64,000 nucleotides of DNA from Hydrolagus colliei. Lineage: Eukaryota. The stretch spans positions 1,426,001 through 1,490,000 of the forward strand of contig CM068778.1 of the NCBI GenBank assembly GCA_035084275.1, in the 5' to 3' direction. A model generated the notes under the pieces. The model had not been told where the DNA came from. It searched no databases and saw only the letters and a list, made by a program, of their open reading frames with translations. Every line of letters starts with the position of its first letter. Positions within the stretch are counted from its first letter, which is position 1. The translations under genes were made by a program, and so were the position numbers. This document shows, one piece after another, positions 1 to 12,641 of this stretch.

Positions 1-212
1 CACAGAGAGCCATGTCTAAACTGGTCTTCAATCTCTTTTTCTCTCTGTCTCTTAAACGTCTGTGTTGATGTATTTTGTTTTTTGCAGAGGCTGACGGCAG
101 GTGTTGGTGGTGGGAAAGGCTGGTTTGTGTGTCTGTGAGTGTGGCGAAGATACACGTTGTGTACCCTGTGTGAGGTTTATGTATGAGAGATCTGTCTCTC
201 TCTCACGCTGTG

Positions 213-761
213 CCCTTCTCTTAGCAGCACAGTAATACATCCCCTCCTGGGCTGTGTTGCTGATGGAGATCCTCAGTGAGGATTCCTTGTAGCCTTCAGT
301 CTGTGTAATGGTGTAATTGGCAGCAGCAAATTCCTTCTCATTGTTTGGTGTTGACAATGAGCCATATCCTATCAATGTGAGGCCTCCCTGGTGGAGTTGG
401 AGGTACCAGAGCATCATTTCTAGGGCTGAGGTGTTCTGGTAACATCCCAAGGTCACAGTCTCTCCCTCTTTGGCTGTGACTGTCCCCGGCCACTGAGTCA
501 CCAACTCTGCCAGTGACAGACCTGGAAAGACAACACAGTGAATGTAAACCCACTGACAGGGAATCTGAGCTGAATGTCCTGTAGAAGTTCCCAGGGTTAC
601 ACAAACGCACAATTAAAAATTGGAATCATTTTGCACAGAGTGGAATGTGATACAGAATCCCAGTGGGAATGGTAGCCTGAGGGGGGATTGAGAGATGTGG
701 AGAGATACTCACAGGGCCAGAGGATGGAGACCAGAGAGACAGTGAGAAAGTACAGATACAT
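213..761 (-). CDS. TRBV: TCR beta V segment (left array V1, type A)
   Basis: Leader exon 713-761 (ATG...T|GTGAGT), V exon 213-521 after CAG acceptor, Cys/Trp/YYC intact (QNTSALEM, GSLSTPNNEKEFAAANY). 23-RSS: CACAGCG 206-212, 23-nt spacer, ACATAAACC 174-182. Confidence 0.93.
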
Positions 762-1414
762 TGTTGGCTGAGAGTTGGTTTAACTTTGGGATCTTCACAC
801 CAGTGCCCAGTCTCTCCCCTGTGTTCTATACTCTTTCTGTATCTCTGACAGTCACTCTTTCTGCTTGACTTTCACAATGACACTCCCGTCTCCACCAAAT
901 TCTTTTCTAGCTTGGTATCTCACATACACTCTCTCGCTCTCTCTCACACACACACACTCCCCCTCTGTCTTTCCAGTGAAACTCTGGAAGAGTTCAAGAC
1001 ATCAATCACAACATTAAGTTGGAACACCCAATGGAAGTGATGTTTGACCCCACCCCTCGACCCAATGTGACATTGGTGGGAGGATTGAGGTGTGGGGGAG
1101 GGGTATGTGTCTTGGTGAAGCTAAAGCCTCTACCAGGGTATGCTAGGGTGGGGGTCACAAAATTGGTCACAGGTTCACAGTAAGACACAGAGCACACAGT
1201 GGACAGGCAAGTTCAGATGGAGCCGTGTCTACTTTGAAGCTGAATCTCTTTGATTCTCTGTGTTGATGTGCGTAATGCTTGCAGAGGCAGGGGCCAGGTG
1301 TTGTTTGGGGAACGGCTGATTTGCCTGTGTGTCTGTGTGTGTGTGGTGAACTGAGACGTTGTGTACCCTGTGTGAGGTTTATGTATGAGAGATCTGTCTC
1401 TCTCTCACACTGTG

Positions 1415-1967
1415 CCCTTCTCTAGCAGCACAGTAATACACCCCCTCCTGGGCTGTGTTGGTGATGTTGATCTTCAGTGAGGAATCCTTGTAGTCATCAC
1501 TCTGTGTAATGGTGTAGCCAGATTTAAAATTATTCTCATAATTTGGCCTGGAGTTGCTGCTATATCCTATCAATGTGAGGCCTCCCTGGTGGGGTTGGAT
1601 GTACCAGAGCATTGTACGAAGCAAAGTATTGTCGTGGTGACATGTCAAAGTCACAGTCGCTCCCTCTCTGGCTGTGACTGTCCCCGGCCTCTGAGTCACC
1701 AACTCTGCCAGTGACAGACCTGCAAAGACAATGTAACAATGTGATCCTGTTGTCGGGGAATCTGGGCTCAATGTGATGGGTGGATTCATGAGATGCTTAA
1801 CATACACAAAGAGGGTTCATCTCGGGCACAGGGAGAGGCAGGGGATGGGATAAGCTGAGATAAACGTCTGTTGGATTGAGAGTTGGTGGAGAATAGAGAG
1901 ATGATGAGAGTTACTCACAGGTCCAAAGGATGGAGATCAGAGAGACAGTGAGAATGGACAGACCCAT
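1415..1967 (-). CDS. TRBV: TCR beta V segment (V2, type B)
   Basis: Leader 1919-1967, V exon 1415-1719 (HHDNTLLRT, SSNSRPNY). 23-RSS CACAGTG 1408-1414, nonamer 1376-1384. Confidence 0.93.
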
Positions 1968-2854
1968 TGTTGGTCAGAGACTTGAGACTAACCGTGGGTT
2001 CTTCACAACAAAGCTACGGTTTCTCTCGCCCTCTCACTCTCTCTCTCTCTCCCTTACCCTCTCCCTCTGAAATGCTCTTTATATTTCAATGGTTGACTTC
2101 CTATTTCTTTCTCAAATAGCGCACCCTCTGTCACCCAAGCTTAGTCTCTCTCTCTCACGCTCACGTGATCTGTTTCTCTGTGGACTGAAGCTCTGACGAG
2201 TAAAGGCACCAGTGACCAATGTGTCGGCACCACATGAGATGTGAGTGTCCCGCCTCCAACCCTCCAGTGTGACATTGGACGGAGGTTTGAGATGTGGGGA
2301 AGAGGAGGTGACTTAGTGAAGCTACAGCCTCCCTCAGGGTAAGGGTTGGGAACAGTCGGTCGCAAAATGGGTCAAAGAGTCAGAGACAGAGGGAACAGTG
2401 TGGAGAGAGATGGACCCATGTCTACTCTAGACTTGAGTATCTTTTTTATGTCTGTCCCTCAATCAGCTGAGTTCATGATCCTGTGGGAGGTTTACGTATG
2501 ACTGGGAGTCGGTCGCAAGATTGGTCCCAGCTTCAGGGACAGGAACACAGAGAGGGCAACGTGGAGAGAAGGCCAGATGGATCCCTATCTAATCTGGCCT
2601 TGAATATCTTTTCTCCTTGCTGTCTCCCGTCTTCTCTTCTCTTTCCCCTGAACCCTTTTTTTCTCTCTGTCTTTCAATCATCTGAGTGGATGTGTTTTAT
2701 TTAACGAGATACTGAGGGCAGGTGGTGGTGGGGGAGGGGATGGATTGTGCATCTGCGATGGTGGGGGGCGGAGGGTGGCAGTGTGGTGGAGGGAATCTTT
2801 GTGTTTTCTGTGTGAACTTTATGTATGAGAGATCTGCCTCTCTCTCACACTGTG

Positions 2855-3391
2855 CCCTTCTCTAGCAGCACAGTAATACACCCCCTCCTGGGCTGTGTTG
2901 TTGATGGAGATCTCCAGGGAGGATTCCTTCTTGCCTTCTGACTTTGTGATGTTGTAGCCAGATTTAAAACCAGCCTCATAATAGATTTTTGCATAATAGA
3001 CATATCCAATTAATGTGAGGCCTCCCTGATGGGGTTGGAGGTACCACAGCATTACATCATATTCTGTGTCATTCTGGTAACATCTCAAGGTCACAGTCTC
3101 TCCCTCTCTGGCTGTGACAGTCCCCGGCCACTGAGTCACCAACTCTGCCAGTGACAGACCTGCAAAGACAATGTAAGATCCATCATTCTGCCCACAGGGA
3201 ATGTCCTGGTCTGATTCCCGGGATCACAGACACAAGCACACCCACACATACAGACACACACTCACAGAAAACTGGGATGTTATGAAATCCCAGTGGAATT
3301 GGGAGCCTGGGGGGGAATTGAGAGATGTGGAGAGATACTCACATGGCCAGAGGATGGAGACCAGAGAGACAGTGAGAAAGGACAGACTCAT
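2855..3391 (-). CDS. TRBV: TCR beta V segment (V3, type C)
   Basis: Leader 3343-3391, V exon 2855-3159 (QNDTEYDV, VYYAKIYY). Heptamer CACAGTG 2848-2854; variant nonamer ACATAAAGT 2816-2824. Confidence 0.92.
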
Positions 3392-4093
3392 TGTTGGCAG
3401 AGACTTGGAGTAACCTTGGGACCTTCCCACCAGAGCTAAGCTTATGCTCTTTCTTTGTCTCCCGTACTCTTGTCTTTGCAGTAACTTTCTTAACTACATT
3501 CCCCTCTCAGCAAACCGTTGTCCAGCTGTATCTCTCACTGTCTCTCTCTCTCGCTCTCACACACACACACGGTATCTCTGTATCTCTGAGGAGTGAACCT
3601 CTGGCAAAGTAAAGGCACCAATAGTATTCAGTGTCGGCACCAGATCGGAAGTGGCCAGCCCTTTCCGCACCCCCCTACCCACTCCCCCCCACCCACCACA
3701 CACCACACGCACTCACACTTGGTGTTACATTAGTGGGAGCTGAAGATGCAGGGGAGGGGAGGGGAGATTGTGAAGCTACAGCCTGCCTCAGGCTTTACAA
3801 TAGAAGGTCATAGCATAGGCCTTGGAGTCGGAGACATAGATACAGAAGGAACAGTTTGGAGGGTAGGACAGACAGAGCTGGAACTACTTTGACATCAACG
3901 TCTTTTATTCTCTGTCTCTCAATCGTCTGTGTTGATGTGTTTTATTTTTGCAGAGACAAAGGACAGGTGTTGGTGGGGGGCAGGAGCTGGCTTCTATGTC
4001 TGGCTCTGTGTGTGTGTCTGTGTGGTTGATCGAGTCATTGTGTTTTCTGCGTGAGGTTTATGTATGAGAGATCTGTCTCTCTCTCACGCTGTG

Positions 4094-4478
4094 CCCTTCT
4101 CTAGCAGCACAGTAATACACCCCCTCCTGGGCTGTGTTGCTGATGGAGATCTCCAGGGAGGAATCCTTGTTGCCACCAGTCTTTGTGATGTTGTAGCCAG
4201 ATTTAAAACCCTCCTCATAAGTTGGGTTTAACAGATAAAAATAACCGATCAATGTGAGGCCTCCATGATGGGGTTGGAGGTACCAGAGCATTGTATTCAG
4301 GGCTGATTCATTCTGGTAACATCTCAAGGTCACAGTCTCTCCCTCTCTGGCTGTGACTGTCCCCGGCCACTGAGTCACCAACTCTGCCAGTGACAGACCT
4401 GCAAAGACAATATAACAATGTGATCCTGTTGACAGGGAATCTGGTTGTACTGAGGGTGTTCCTGGGTTAATGTCCCTG

Positions 4479-4517
<39 letters not shown>

Positions 4518-4519
4518 TA

Positions 4520-4556
<37 letters not shown>

Positions 4557-4672
4557 ATAGTGGACCCATCGCAGCCAGACTGGGAGTCTGAGGGAGAACA
4601 GAGAGATTGTGGGAGATACTCACAGGGCCAGAGGATGGAGATCAGAGAGACGGTGAGAAACGACAGACTCAT
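4094..4672 (-). CDS. TRBV: TCR beta V segment (V4, type D)
   Basis: Leader 4624-4672, V exon 4094-4398 (QNESALNT, FYLLNPTY). CACAGCG 4087-4093, nonamer 4055-4063. Confidence 0.93.
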
Positions 4673-5313
4673 TGTTGGTCAGAGACTTGGATCAACTTGA
4701 GGATCTTCACACTAGAGCTCAGTCTCTCTCCCGTCTCTCTCTCACATACGCTCTTTCTGTATCTCTCTCTCTCTGTCTCTCCCTTCTATTCAACTTTCTC
4801 AACAACACTGCACACTGTCTCAAACGTTGTGTAGCTCTATATACCACACACTCTCACCTACATAGACACACAATTTCTGCCTTACCCACACATTCCCTCA
4901 CACTCTCTCTGTCTCTGTGTGTCTGTGGAATGAAGCAAACCAATGCCACCAATGTGTCAGCACCACATCGGAAGTCAGTGTCTCTCCTCCCCTCCCACCA
5001 CCCAACCCTAGAACGGAGGGGTCCAGAAAGCTTACAGTCTCCCCATGGTATGGACTGGGAACATTGGGTCGCAAGATTGGTCTCAGATTCACGGTCAGAA
5101 GCACAGAGAGCCATGTCTAAACTGGTCTTCAATCTCTTTTTCTCTCTGTCTCTCAAACGTCTGTGTTGATGTATTTTGTTTTTTGCAGAGGCTGACGGCA
5201 GGTGTTGGTGGTGGGAAAGGCTGGTTTGTGTGTATGTGAGTGTGGCGAAGATACACATTGTGTACCCTGTGTGAGGTTTATGTATGAGAGATCTGTCTCT
5301 CTCTCACACTGTG

Positions 5314-5862
5314 CCCTTCCCTTAGCAGCACAGTAATACACCCCCTCCTGGGCTGTGTTGCTGATGGAGATCTTCAGTGAGGATTCCTTGTAGCCTTCAG
5401 TCTGTGTAATGGTGTAATTGGCAGCAGCAAATTCCTTCTCATTGCTTGGTGTTGACAATGAGCCATATCCTATCAATGTGAGGCCTCCCTGGTGGAGTTG
5501 GAGGTACCAGAGCATCGTTTGGAGGGCTGAGGTGTTCTGGTAACATCCCAAGGTCACAGCCTCTCCCTCTCTGGCTGTGACTGTCCCCGGCCACTGAGTC
5601 ACCAACTCTGCCAGTGACAGACCTGCAAAGACAACACAGTGAATGTAAACCCACTGACAGGGAATCTGAGCTGAATGTCCTGTAGAAGTTCCCAGGGTTA
5701 CACAAATGCACAATAAAAAATTGGAATCATTTTGCACAGAGTGGAATGTGATACAAAATCCCAGTGGGAATGGGAGCCTGAGGGGGGATTGAGAGATGTG
5801 GAGAGATACTCACAGGGCCAGAGGATGGAGACCAGAGAGACAGTGAGAAAGTACAGATACAT
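5314..5862 (-). CDS. TRBV: TCR beta V segment (V5, type A)
   Basis: Leader 5814-5862, V exon 5314-5622. CACAGTG 5307-5313, nonamer 5275-5283. Confidence 0.93.
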
Positions 5863-6510
5863 TGTTGGCTGAGAGTTGGTTTAACTTTGGGATCTTCACA
5901 CCAGTGCCCAGTCTCTCCCCTGTGTTCTACACTCTTTCTGTATCTCTGACAGTCACTCTTTCTACTTGACTTTCACAATTACACTCCCGTCTCCACCAAA
6001 TTATTTTCTAGCTTGGTATCTCACATACACTCTCTCGCTCTCTCACACACACACACACTCTCCCTCTGTCTTTCTAATGAAGCTCTGGAAAAGTTCAAGA
6101 CATCAATCACAACATTAAGTTGGAACACCCAATGGAAGTGATGTTCAACCCCACCCCTCGACCCAATGTGACATTGGTGGAAGCATTGAGATGTGGGGGA
6201 GGGGTATGTGTCTTGGTGCAGCTACAGCCTCTACCAGGGTATGCTAGGGTGGGGGTCACAAAATTGGTCACAGATTCACAGTAAGACACAGAGCACACAG
6301 TGGACAGGCGAGTTCAGATGGAGCCGTGTCTACTGTGAAGCTGAACCTCTTTGATTCTGTGTGTTGATGTGCGTAATGCTTGCAGAGGCAGGTGTTGTTT
6401 GGGGAACGGCTGGTTTGCCTGTGTGTCTGTGTGTGTGTGTGGTGAACTGAGACGTTGTGTATCCTGTGTGAGGTTTATGTATGAGAGATCTGTCTCTCTC
6501 TCACACTGTG

Positions 6511-7097
6511 CCCTTCTCTAGCAGCACAGTAATACACCCCCTCCTGGGATGTGTTGCTGATGTTGATCTTCAGTGAGGAATCCTTGTAGTCACTAGTCTG
6601 TGTAATGGTGTAGCCAGAATTAAAATTATTCTCATAATTTGGGATGGAGTATCTGCTATATCCGATCAACGTGAGGCCTCCCTGGTGGGGTTGGAGGTAC
6701 CAGAGCATTGTATCAAGAGCTGATTCATTCTGGTAACATCTCAAGGTCACAGTCTCTCCCTCTCTGGCTGTGACTGTCCCCGGCCACTGAGTCACCAACT
6801 CTGCCAGTGACAGACCTGCAAAGACAATGTAACATCCATCATCCTGCCCACAGGGAATGTCCTGGTCTGACTCCCGGGATCACAGACACACACAGACACA
6901 TACAGACACACACACACACATAAATACACTCAACATATACGCAAACACAGGTGAGCATCACCCCAGGCAGAAGGAGTGGAGGATGTTATGAAATCCCAGT
7001 GCAAATGTGAGCCTGAGGGGGAATTGAAAGATGTGGAGAGATACTCACAGGGCCAGAGGATGGAGACCAGAGAGACAGTGAGAAAAGACAGACTCAT
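6511..7097 (-). CDS. TRBV: TCR beta V segment (V6, type E)
   Basis: Leader 7049-7097, V exon 6511-6815 (QNESALDT, SRYSIPNY). CACAGTG 6504-6510, nonamer 6472-6480. Confidence 0.93.
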
Positions 7098-7540
7098 TGT
7101 TGGCGGAGACTTGGATTAACCTTGGGATCTTCACACCATAGCTCCAGTTTGTCTCCCGCCTCTCTCTCTCTCTCTGAAACGGTCTTTCTGAATAACTAAC
7201 CTCTGGCACGCAAACTTAGTCTCCCTCTCTCTATCTCTCTCTCACACACACACAAATATGCTCTGTTTTCTCTGTCACTGTGGACTTAAACTCTGGCAAA
7301 AAATAGGCACCAATGACACCAAAGTGTAATCAGCACATGGAAAGTGGGTGTCCCTCCCCCCAGCCCCCAGTGTGACATTGGTGGGAGGTTTGAAATGTGG
7401 GGGAGGGGAGGCGTTATGGACAGGCATTAAGGACACACACAACAAGTTGGATCACTTAGGACTGGGAGAGGGACGTGCTGTGAGATTTCCGTGGATTTAA
7501 AAAGTTTGTGAGTAACAGGGAGATGTTGAGAATCACTCAC

Positions 7541-7589
7541 AGGGTCAGAGGATGGAGACCAGAGAGATGGTGAGAGAGCACAGACTCAT
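7541..7589 (-). pseudogene. Orphan TRBV leader exon (V exon deleted)
   Basis: 49-nt leader with ATG and GTGAGT donor, partial intron, but no V exon or RSS downstream. Confidence 0.8.
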
Positions 7590-7747
7590 TGTTCAGCAGA
7601 GACTTGGACTAGCTTTGGGATCTTCACACCAATAATCTTTCCATTCTTCTGCGCTGCTTCTGTATCTCTCACAGTCACTCTATTCTATTTAACTTTCCCA
7701 ATGACACTCCAGTCTCTCCCAAATGTGGTCTAGCTCTGTACCTCACC

Positions 7748-7783
<36 letters not shown>

Positions 7784-8290
7784 CTCGCTCTCGCACACAC
7801 ACACACACAGACAATCTCGCTCTGGTTCTGTTTCCTTGGCAGGAACCTCTGGTGAAGTAAAGACACCAATGATGCCAAACTGTTGGAACCCTCCAAAGGA
7901 AGCCTTAACCCCATTCCACTCCATCCCGACTCAGAGCGACGTTGCTGGGTGGTTTGAGTTGTGGGGGAGAGGTATCTGTCTCAGTGAAGCTGCAGCCCCC
8001 ACCAGGATATGGTACGGGAAGGCTTGGGTAGGTCACAAAATTGGTCACAGATTCACAGAACCACACATAGGACACAGTGGACAGGAGAGTCGAGATGGAG
8101 CCGTGTCTACTCTGATGCTGAACCTCTTTTATTCTCTATGTTGATGTGCTTAATGCTTGCAGAGGCTGGGGGCAGGTGTTGGTGGGGGAACGGCTGGTTT
8201 GTCTGTGTGTGTGTGTGTGTAGTGAACTGCGACGTTGTGTATCCTGTGTGAGGTTTATGTATGAGAGATCTGTCTCTCTCTCACGCTGTG

Positions 8291-8847
8291 CCCTTGTCTA
8301 GCAGCACAGTAATACACCCCCTCCTGGGCTGTGTTGCTGATGGAAATCTTCAGTGAGGATTCCTTGTAGTCACTAGTCTGTGTAATGGTGTAATTGGCAG
8401 CAGCAAATTCCTTCTCATTCTTTGGTGTTGATAAGTAGCCATGTCCTATCAATGTGAGGCCTCCCTCATGGGGTTGGAGGTACCAGAGCATTGTATTCAG
8501 GGCTGATTCATTCTGGTAACATCTCAAAGTCACAGTCTCTCCCTCTCTGGCTGTGACTGTCCCCGGCCACTGAGTCACCAACTCTGCCAGTGACAGACCT
8601 GCAAAGACAACAGAACAATGTGATCCCGCCGACAGGGAATCTGGGCTGAATGTCTTATAGAATATAGAAGTTCTCAGTATTACGTACACACAAAAAAACA
8701 AAAGGAGGCATCATCTTGGACACAGAGTGGAATGTGATATAAAATCCCAGTGGGAATGGGAGCCTGATGGGTATTCAAAGATGTGGACAGATACTCACAA
8801 GGCCACAGGGTGGAGACCAGAGAGACAGTGAGAAAGCACAGAAACAT
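8291..8847 (-). CDS. TRBV: TCR beta V segment (V7, type F, mosaic)
   Basis: Leader 8799-8847, V exon 8291-8598. CACAGCG 8284-8290, nonamer 8252-8260. Confidence 0.93.
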
Positions 8848-9405
8848 TGTTGGCGTAAAGTTGGATTAGCCTTGGGATCTTCACACCAGTGCACAGTATC
8901 TCTCCTGCCTTCTACACTCTTTCTCTATCTGTCACAATCACTCTTTCTTTTTAACTTTCCCAATGACACTCCCGTCTCTACCAAATATTTTCTAGCTTGG
9001 TATCTCACAAACACACTCTGTCTCTCGCACATACACATACACTCACACACAAACTAACTCTCCCTCTGTCTTTGACGTGAACCTCTGGCAGAGTTCAAGC
9101 CACGAATGATACCAAAAAGTTCGCCTTGTTGCAAGCGAGCCTTGACCCCACCCCCTCCTCTCGACCCAATGTGACATTGGTGGGAGGATTGAGGTGTGGG
9201 GGAGGGGTATATGTCTTGGTGAAGCTACAGCCTCCGCCAGGGTATGGTAGGGGAGGGGGTCGCAAAATTGGTCACAGATTCACAGTAAGACACAGAGCAC
9301 ACAGTGGACAGGAGAGTCGAGATGGAGCCGTGTCTACTGTGAAGCTGAACCTCTTTGATTCTCTGTGTTGATGTGCGTAATGCTTGCAGAGGCTGGGGGC
9401 AGGTG

Positions 9406-9920
9406 TGTGGAAGTATAATTAAACATATACCCGTGTGATCAAACTATATTATAATTAGAACTAATATTGTGATAATTACTAACCTCATTAAAGTAAAACA
9501 GACACATATACTGATCTAGTTGAACTAAAAGAACTCTCAGTATCTTGGTATTCAAAGAAGGTCTGGTAAACACTCATTTCTCACGGGAACAGACAGGCCT
9601 TGAGCCGGGTGGTACCACTGATGCCAGCAGCTATACCTATCTCCATGTGACTTTGATAAGTAATTACGTGTGTTAAGATAGCATTCATTTCTGTCCATTC
9701 CCTCTGTAATTCAACTAATACATTGTGTATTGTTTTAAGTGTATAAAAGGAGGAGTTGGACTGTTCCAAACTCAGAGGACAAGGGCGACTCCCATTGAGA
9801 GACGCATATTCTCCTCTCCTTTTCTAGTATCGTATTAATAAAGCGCATTCTAATTATCGGTTTGAAGTGTTGTTTTCTAATAGATAGAGAAATAATACTA
9901 CACAAATATCGGATTCAACA
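9406..9920 (+). mobile_element. Solo LTR (515 bp), copy 1
   Basis: Starts TG, ends CA, contains TATAAAA and AATAAA; 4-bp TSD GGTG (9402-9405 and 9921-9924) interrupting the conserved inter-V spacer. Confidence 0.88.
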
Positions 9921-10034
9921 GGTGTTGGTGGGTGAACGGCTGGTTTGTCTGTGTGTGTGTCTGTGGTGAACTGTGACATTGTCTATCCCGTGTGAGGTTT
10001 ATGTATGAGAAATCTGTCTCTCTCTCACGCTGTG

Positions 10035-10574
10035 CCCTTCTCTAGCAGCACAGTAATACACCCCCTCCTGGGCTGTGTTGCTGATGTTGATCTTCAGTGA
10101 GGAAGCCTTGTTGCCATCACTCTGTGTAATGTTGTAGCCAGATTTAAAATTATTCTCATAATTTGGCCTGGAGTAGCTGCTATATCCTATCAATGTGAGG
10201 CCTCCCTGGTGGGGTTGGAGGTACCAGAGCATTGTATCAAGGGCTGCATTATTGTGCTGACATGTCAAAGTCACAGTGTCTCCCTCTCTGGCTGTGACTG
10301 TCCCCGGCCTCTGAGTCACCAACTCTGCCAGTGACAGACCTGCAAAGACAACATAACAATGTGATCCAGTTGTCGGGGAATCTGGGATCAATGTGATGGG
10401 CGGATTCATGAGATGCTTAACATACACAAAGTGGGTTCATCTCGGGCAGAGGGAGGGGATGGGATAAGCAACGTCTGTTGAATTGAGAGTTGTTGGGGAA
10501 TATAGAGATGATGAGAGGTACTCACAGGGCCACAGGATGGAGATCAGACAGACAGTGAGAATCGACAGACCCAT
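10035..10574 (-). CDS. TRBV: TCR beta V segment (V8, type G)
   Basis: Leader 10526-10574, V exon 10035-10339 (QHNNAALDT). CACAGCG 10028-10034, nonamer 9996-10004. Confidence 0.93.
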
Positions 10575-11457
10575 TGCTGGTCAGAGACTTGAGACTAACC
10601 GTGGGTTCTTCACAACAGAGCTACAGTTTATCTCGCCCTCACTCTCTCTCTCCCTTACCCTCTCCCTCTGAAACGCTCTTTATATTCCAATGGTTGACTT
10701 CCTATTTCTTTCTCAAATAGCGCACCCTCTGTCACCCAAGCTTAGTCACTCTCTCTCTCACGCTCACGTGATCTGTTTCTCTGTGGACTGAAGCTCTGAC
10801 GAGTAAAGGCACCAGTGACCAATGTGTCGGCACCACATGAGATGTGAGTGTCCCGCCTCCAACCCTCCAGTGTGACATTGGACGGAGGTTTGAGATGTGG
10901 GGAAGAGGAGGTGACTTAGCCAAGCTACAGCCTCCCTCAGGGTAAGGGTTGGGAACAGTCGGTCGCAAAATGGGTCAAAGAGTCAGAGACAGAGGGAACA
11001 GTGTGGAGAGAGATGGACCCATGTCTACTCTAGACTTGAGTATCTTTTTTATCTCTGTCCCTCAATCAGCTGAGTTCATGATCCTGTGGGAGGTTTACGT
11101 ATGACTGGGAGTCGGTCGCAAGATTGGTCCGAGCATCAGGGACAGGAACACAGAGAGAGCAATGTGGAGAGAAGGCCAGATGGATCCCTATCTAATCTGG
11201 CCTTGAATATCTTTTCTCCTTGCTGTCTCCCGTCTTCTCTTCTCTTTCCCCTGAACCCCTTTTTTCTCTCTGCCTCTCAATCATCTGAGTGGATGTGTTT
11301 TATTCTTCGAGATACTGAGGGCAGGTGGTGTTGGGGGAGGGGATGGATTGTGCATCTGCGATGGTGGGGGGTGGAGGGTGGCAGCGTGGTGGAGATAGTC
11401 TTTGTGTTCCCTGTGTGAGGTTTATGTATGAGAGATCTGTCTCTCTCTCACACTGTG

Positions 11458-11841
11458 CCCTTTTCTAGCAGCACAGTAATACACCCCCTCCTGGGCTGTG
11501 TTGCTGATGGAGATCTCCAGGGACGAATCCTTGTCGTCACGTGTCTTCGTGATGTTGTAGCCAGATTTGAAACCCTCCTCATAAGTTGGGTTTAACAGAT
11601 AAAAATAACCTATCAATGTGAGGCCTCCCTGGTGGGGTTGGATGTACCAGAGCATTGAATCAAGGGCTGATTCATTCTGGTAACATCTCAAAGTCACAGT
11701 CTCTCCCTCTCTGGCTGTGACTGTCCCCGGCCACTGAGTCACCAACTCTGCCAGTGACAGACCTGCAAAGACAATATAACAATGTGATCCTGTTGACAGG
11801 GAATCTGGATGTACTGAGGGTGTTCCTGGGTTCAGTCCCTG

Positions 11842-11874
<33 letters not shown>

Positions 11875-11993
11875 GACACATAGTGGACCCATCGCAGCCA
11901 GACTGAGGCTGCGGGAGAACAGAGAGATTGTGGGAGATACTCACAGGGCCAGAGGATGGAGATCAGAGAGACGGTGAGAAACGACAGACACAT
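11458..11993 (-). CDS. TRBV: TCR beta V segment (V9, type D)
   Basis: Leader 11945-11993, V exon 11458-11762. CACAGTG 11451-11457, nonamer 11419-11427. Confidence 0.93.
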
Positions 11994-12641
11994 TGTTGGT
12001 CAGAGACTTGGATCAACTTGAGGATCTTCACACTAGAGCTCAGTCTCCCTCCCTTCTCTCTCTCTCATATGCTCTTTCTGTATCTCTCTCTCTCTCTGTC
12101 TCTCCCTTCTATTCAACTTTCTCAACAACACTGCACTCTCCCAAATGTTGTGTGGCTCTATATACCACACACTCTCACCTACATAGACACACAATTTCTG
12201 CCTTTCCCACACATTCCCTCACTCTCTCTCTGTGTGTCTGTGGAATGAAGCACACCAATGCCACCAATGTGTCAGCACCACATCGGAAGTCAGTGTCTCT
12301 CCTCCCTCCCCCCCACACCCCCACACCACCCAACCCTAGAAGGGAGGGGTCCAGAGAGCTTACAGTCTCCCCATGGTATGGACTGGGAACATTGGGTCGC
12401 AAGATTGGTCTCAGATTCACGGTCAGAAGCACAGAGAGCCATGTCTAAACTGGTCTTCAATCTCTTTTTCGCTCTGTCTCTCAAACGTCTGTGTTGATGT
12501 ATTTTGTTTTTTGCAGAGGCTGACGGCAGGTGTTGGTGGTGGGAAAGGCTGGTTTGTGTGTCTGTGAGTGTGGCGAAGATGCACGTTGTGTACCCTGTGT
12601 GAGGTTTATGTATGAGAGACCTGTCTCTCTCTCACACTGTG

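Noticed and set aside
835-895. Mammalian V-beta promoter decamer (AGTGAYRTCA)
   Set aside because: Only an imperfect AGTGACTGTCA with an extra base, not consistently present across V types.
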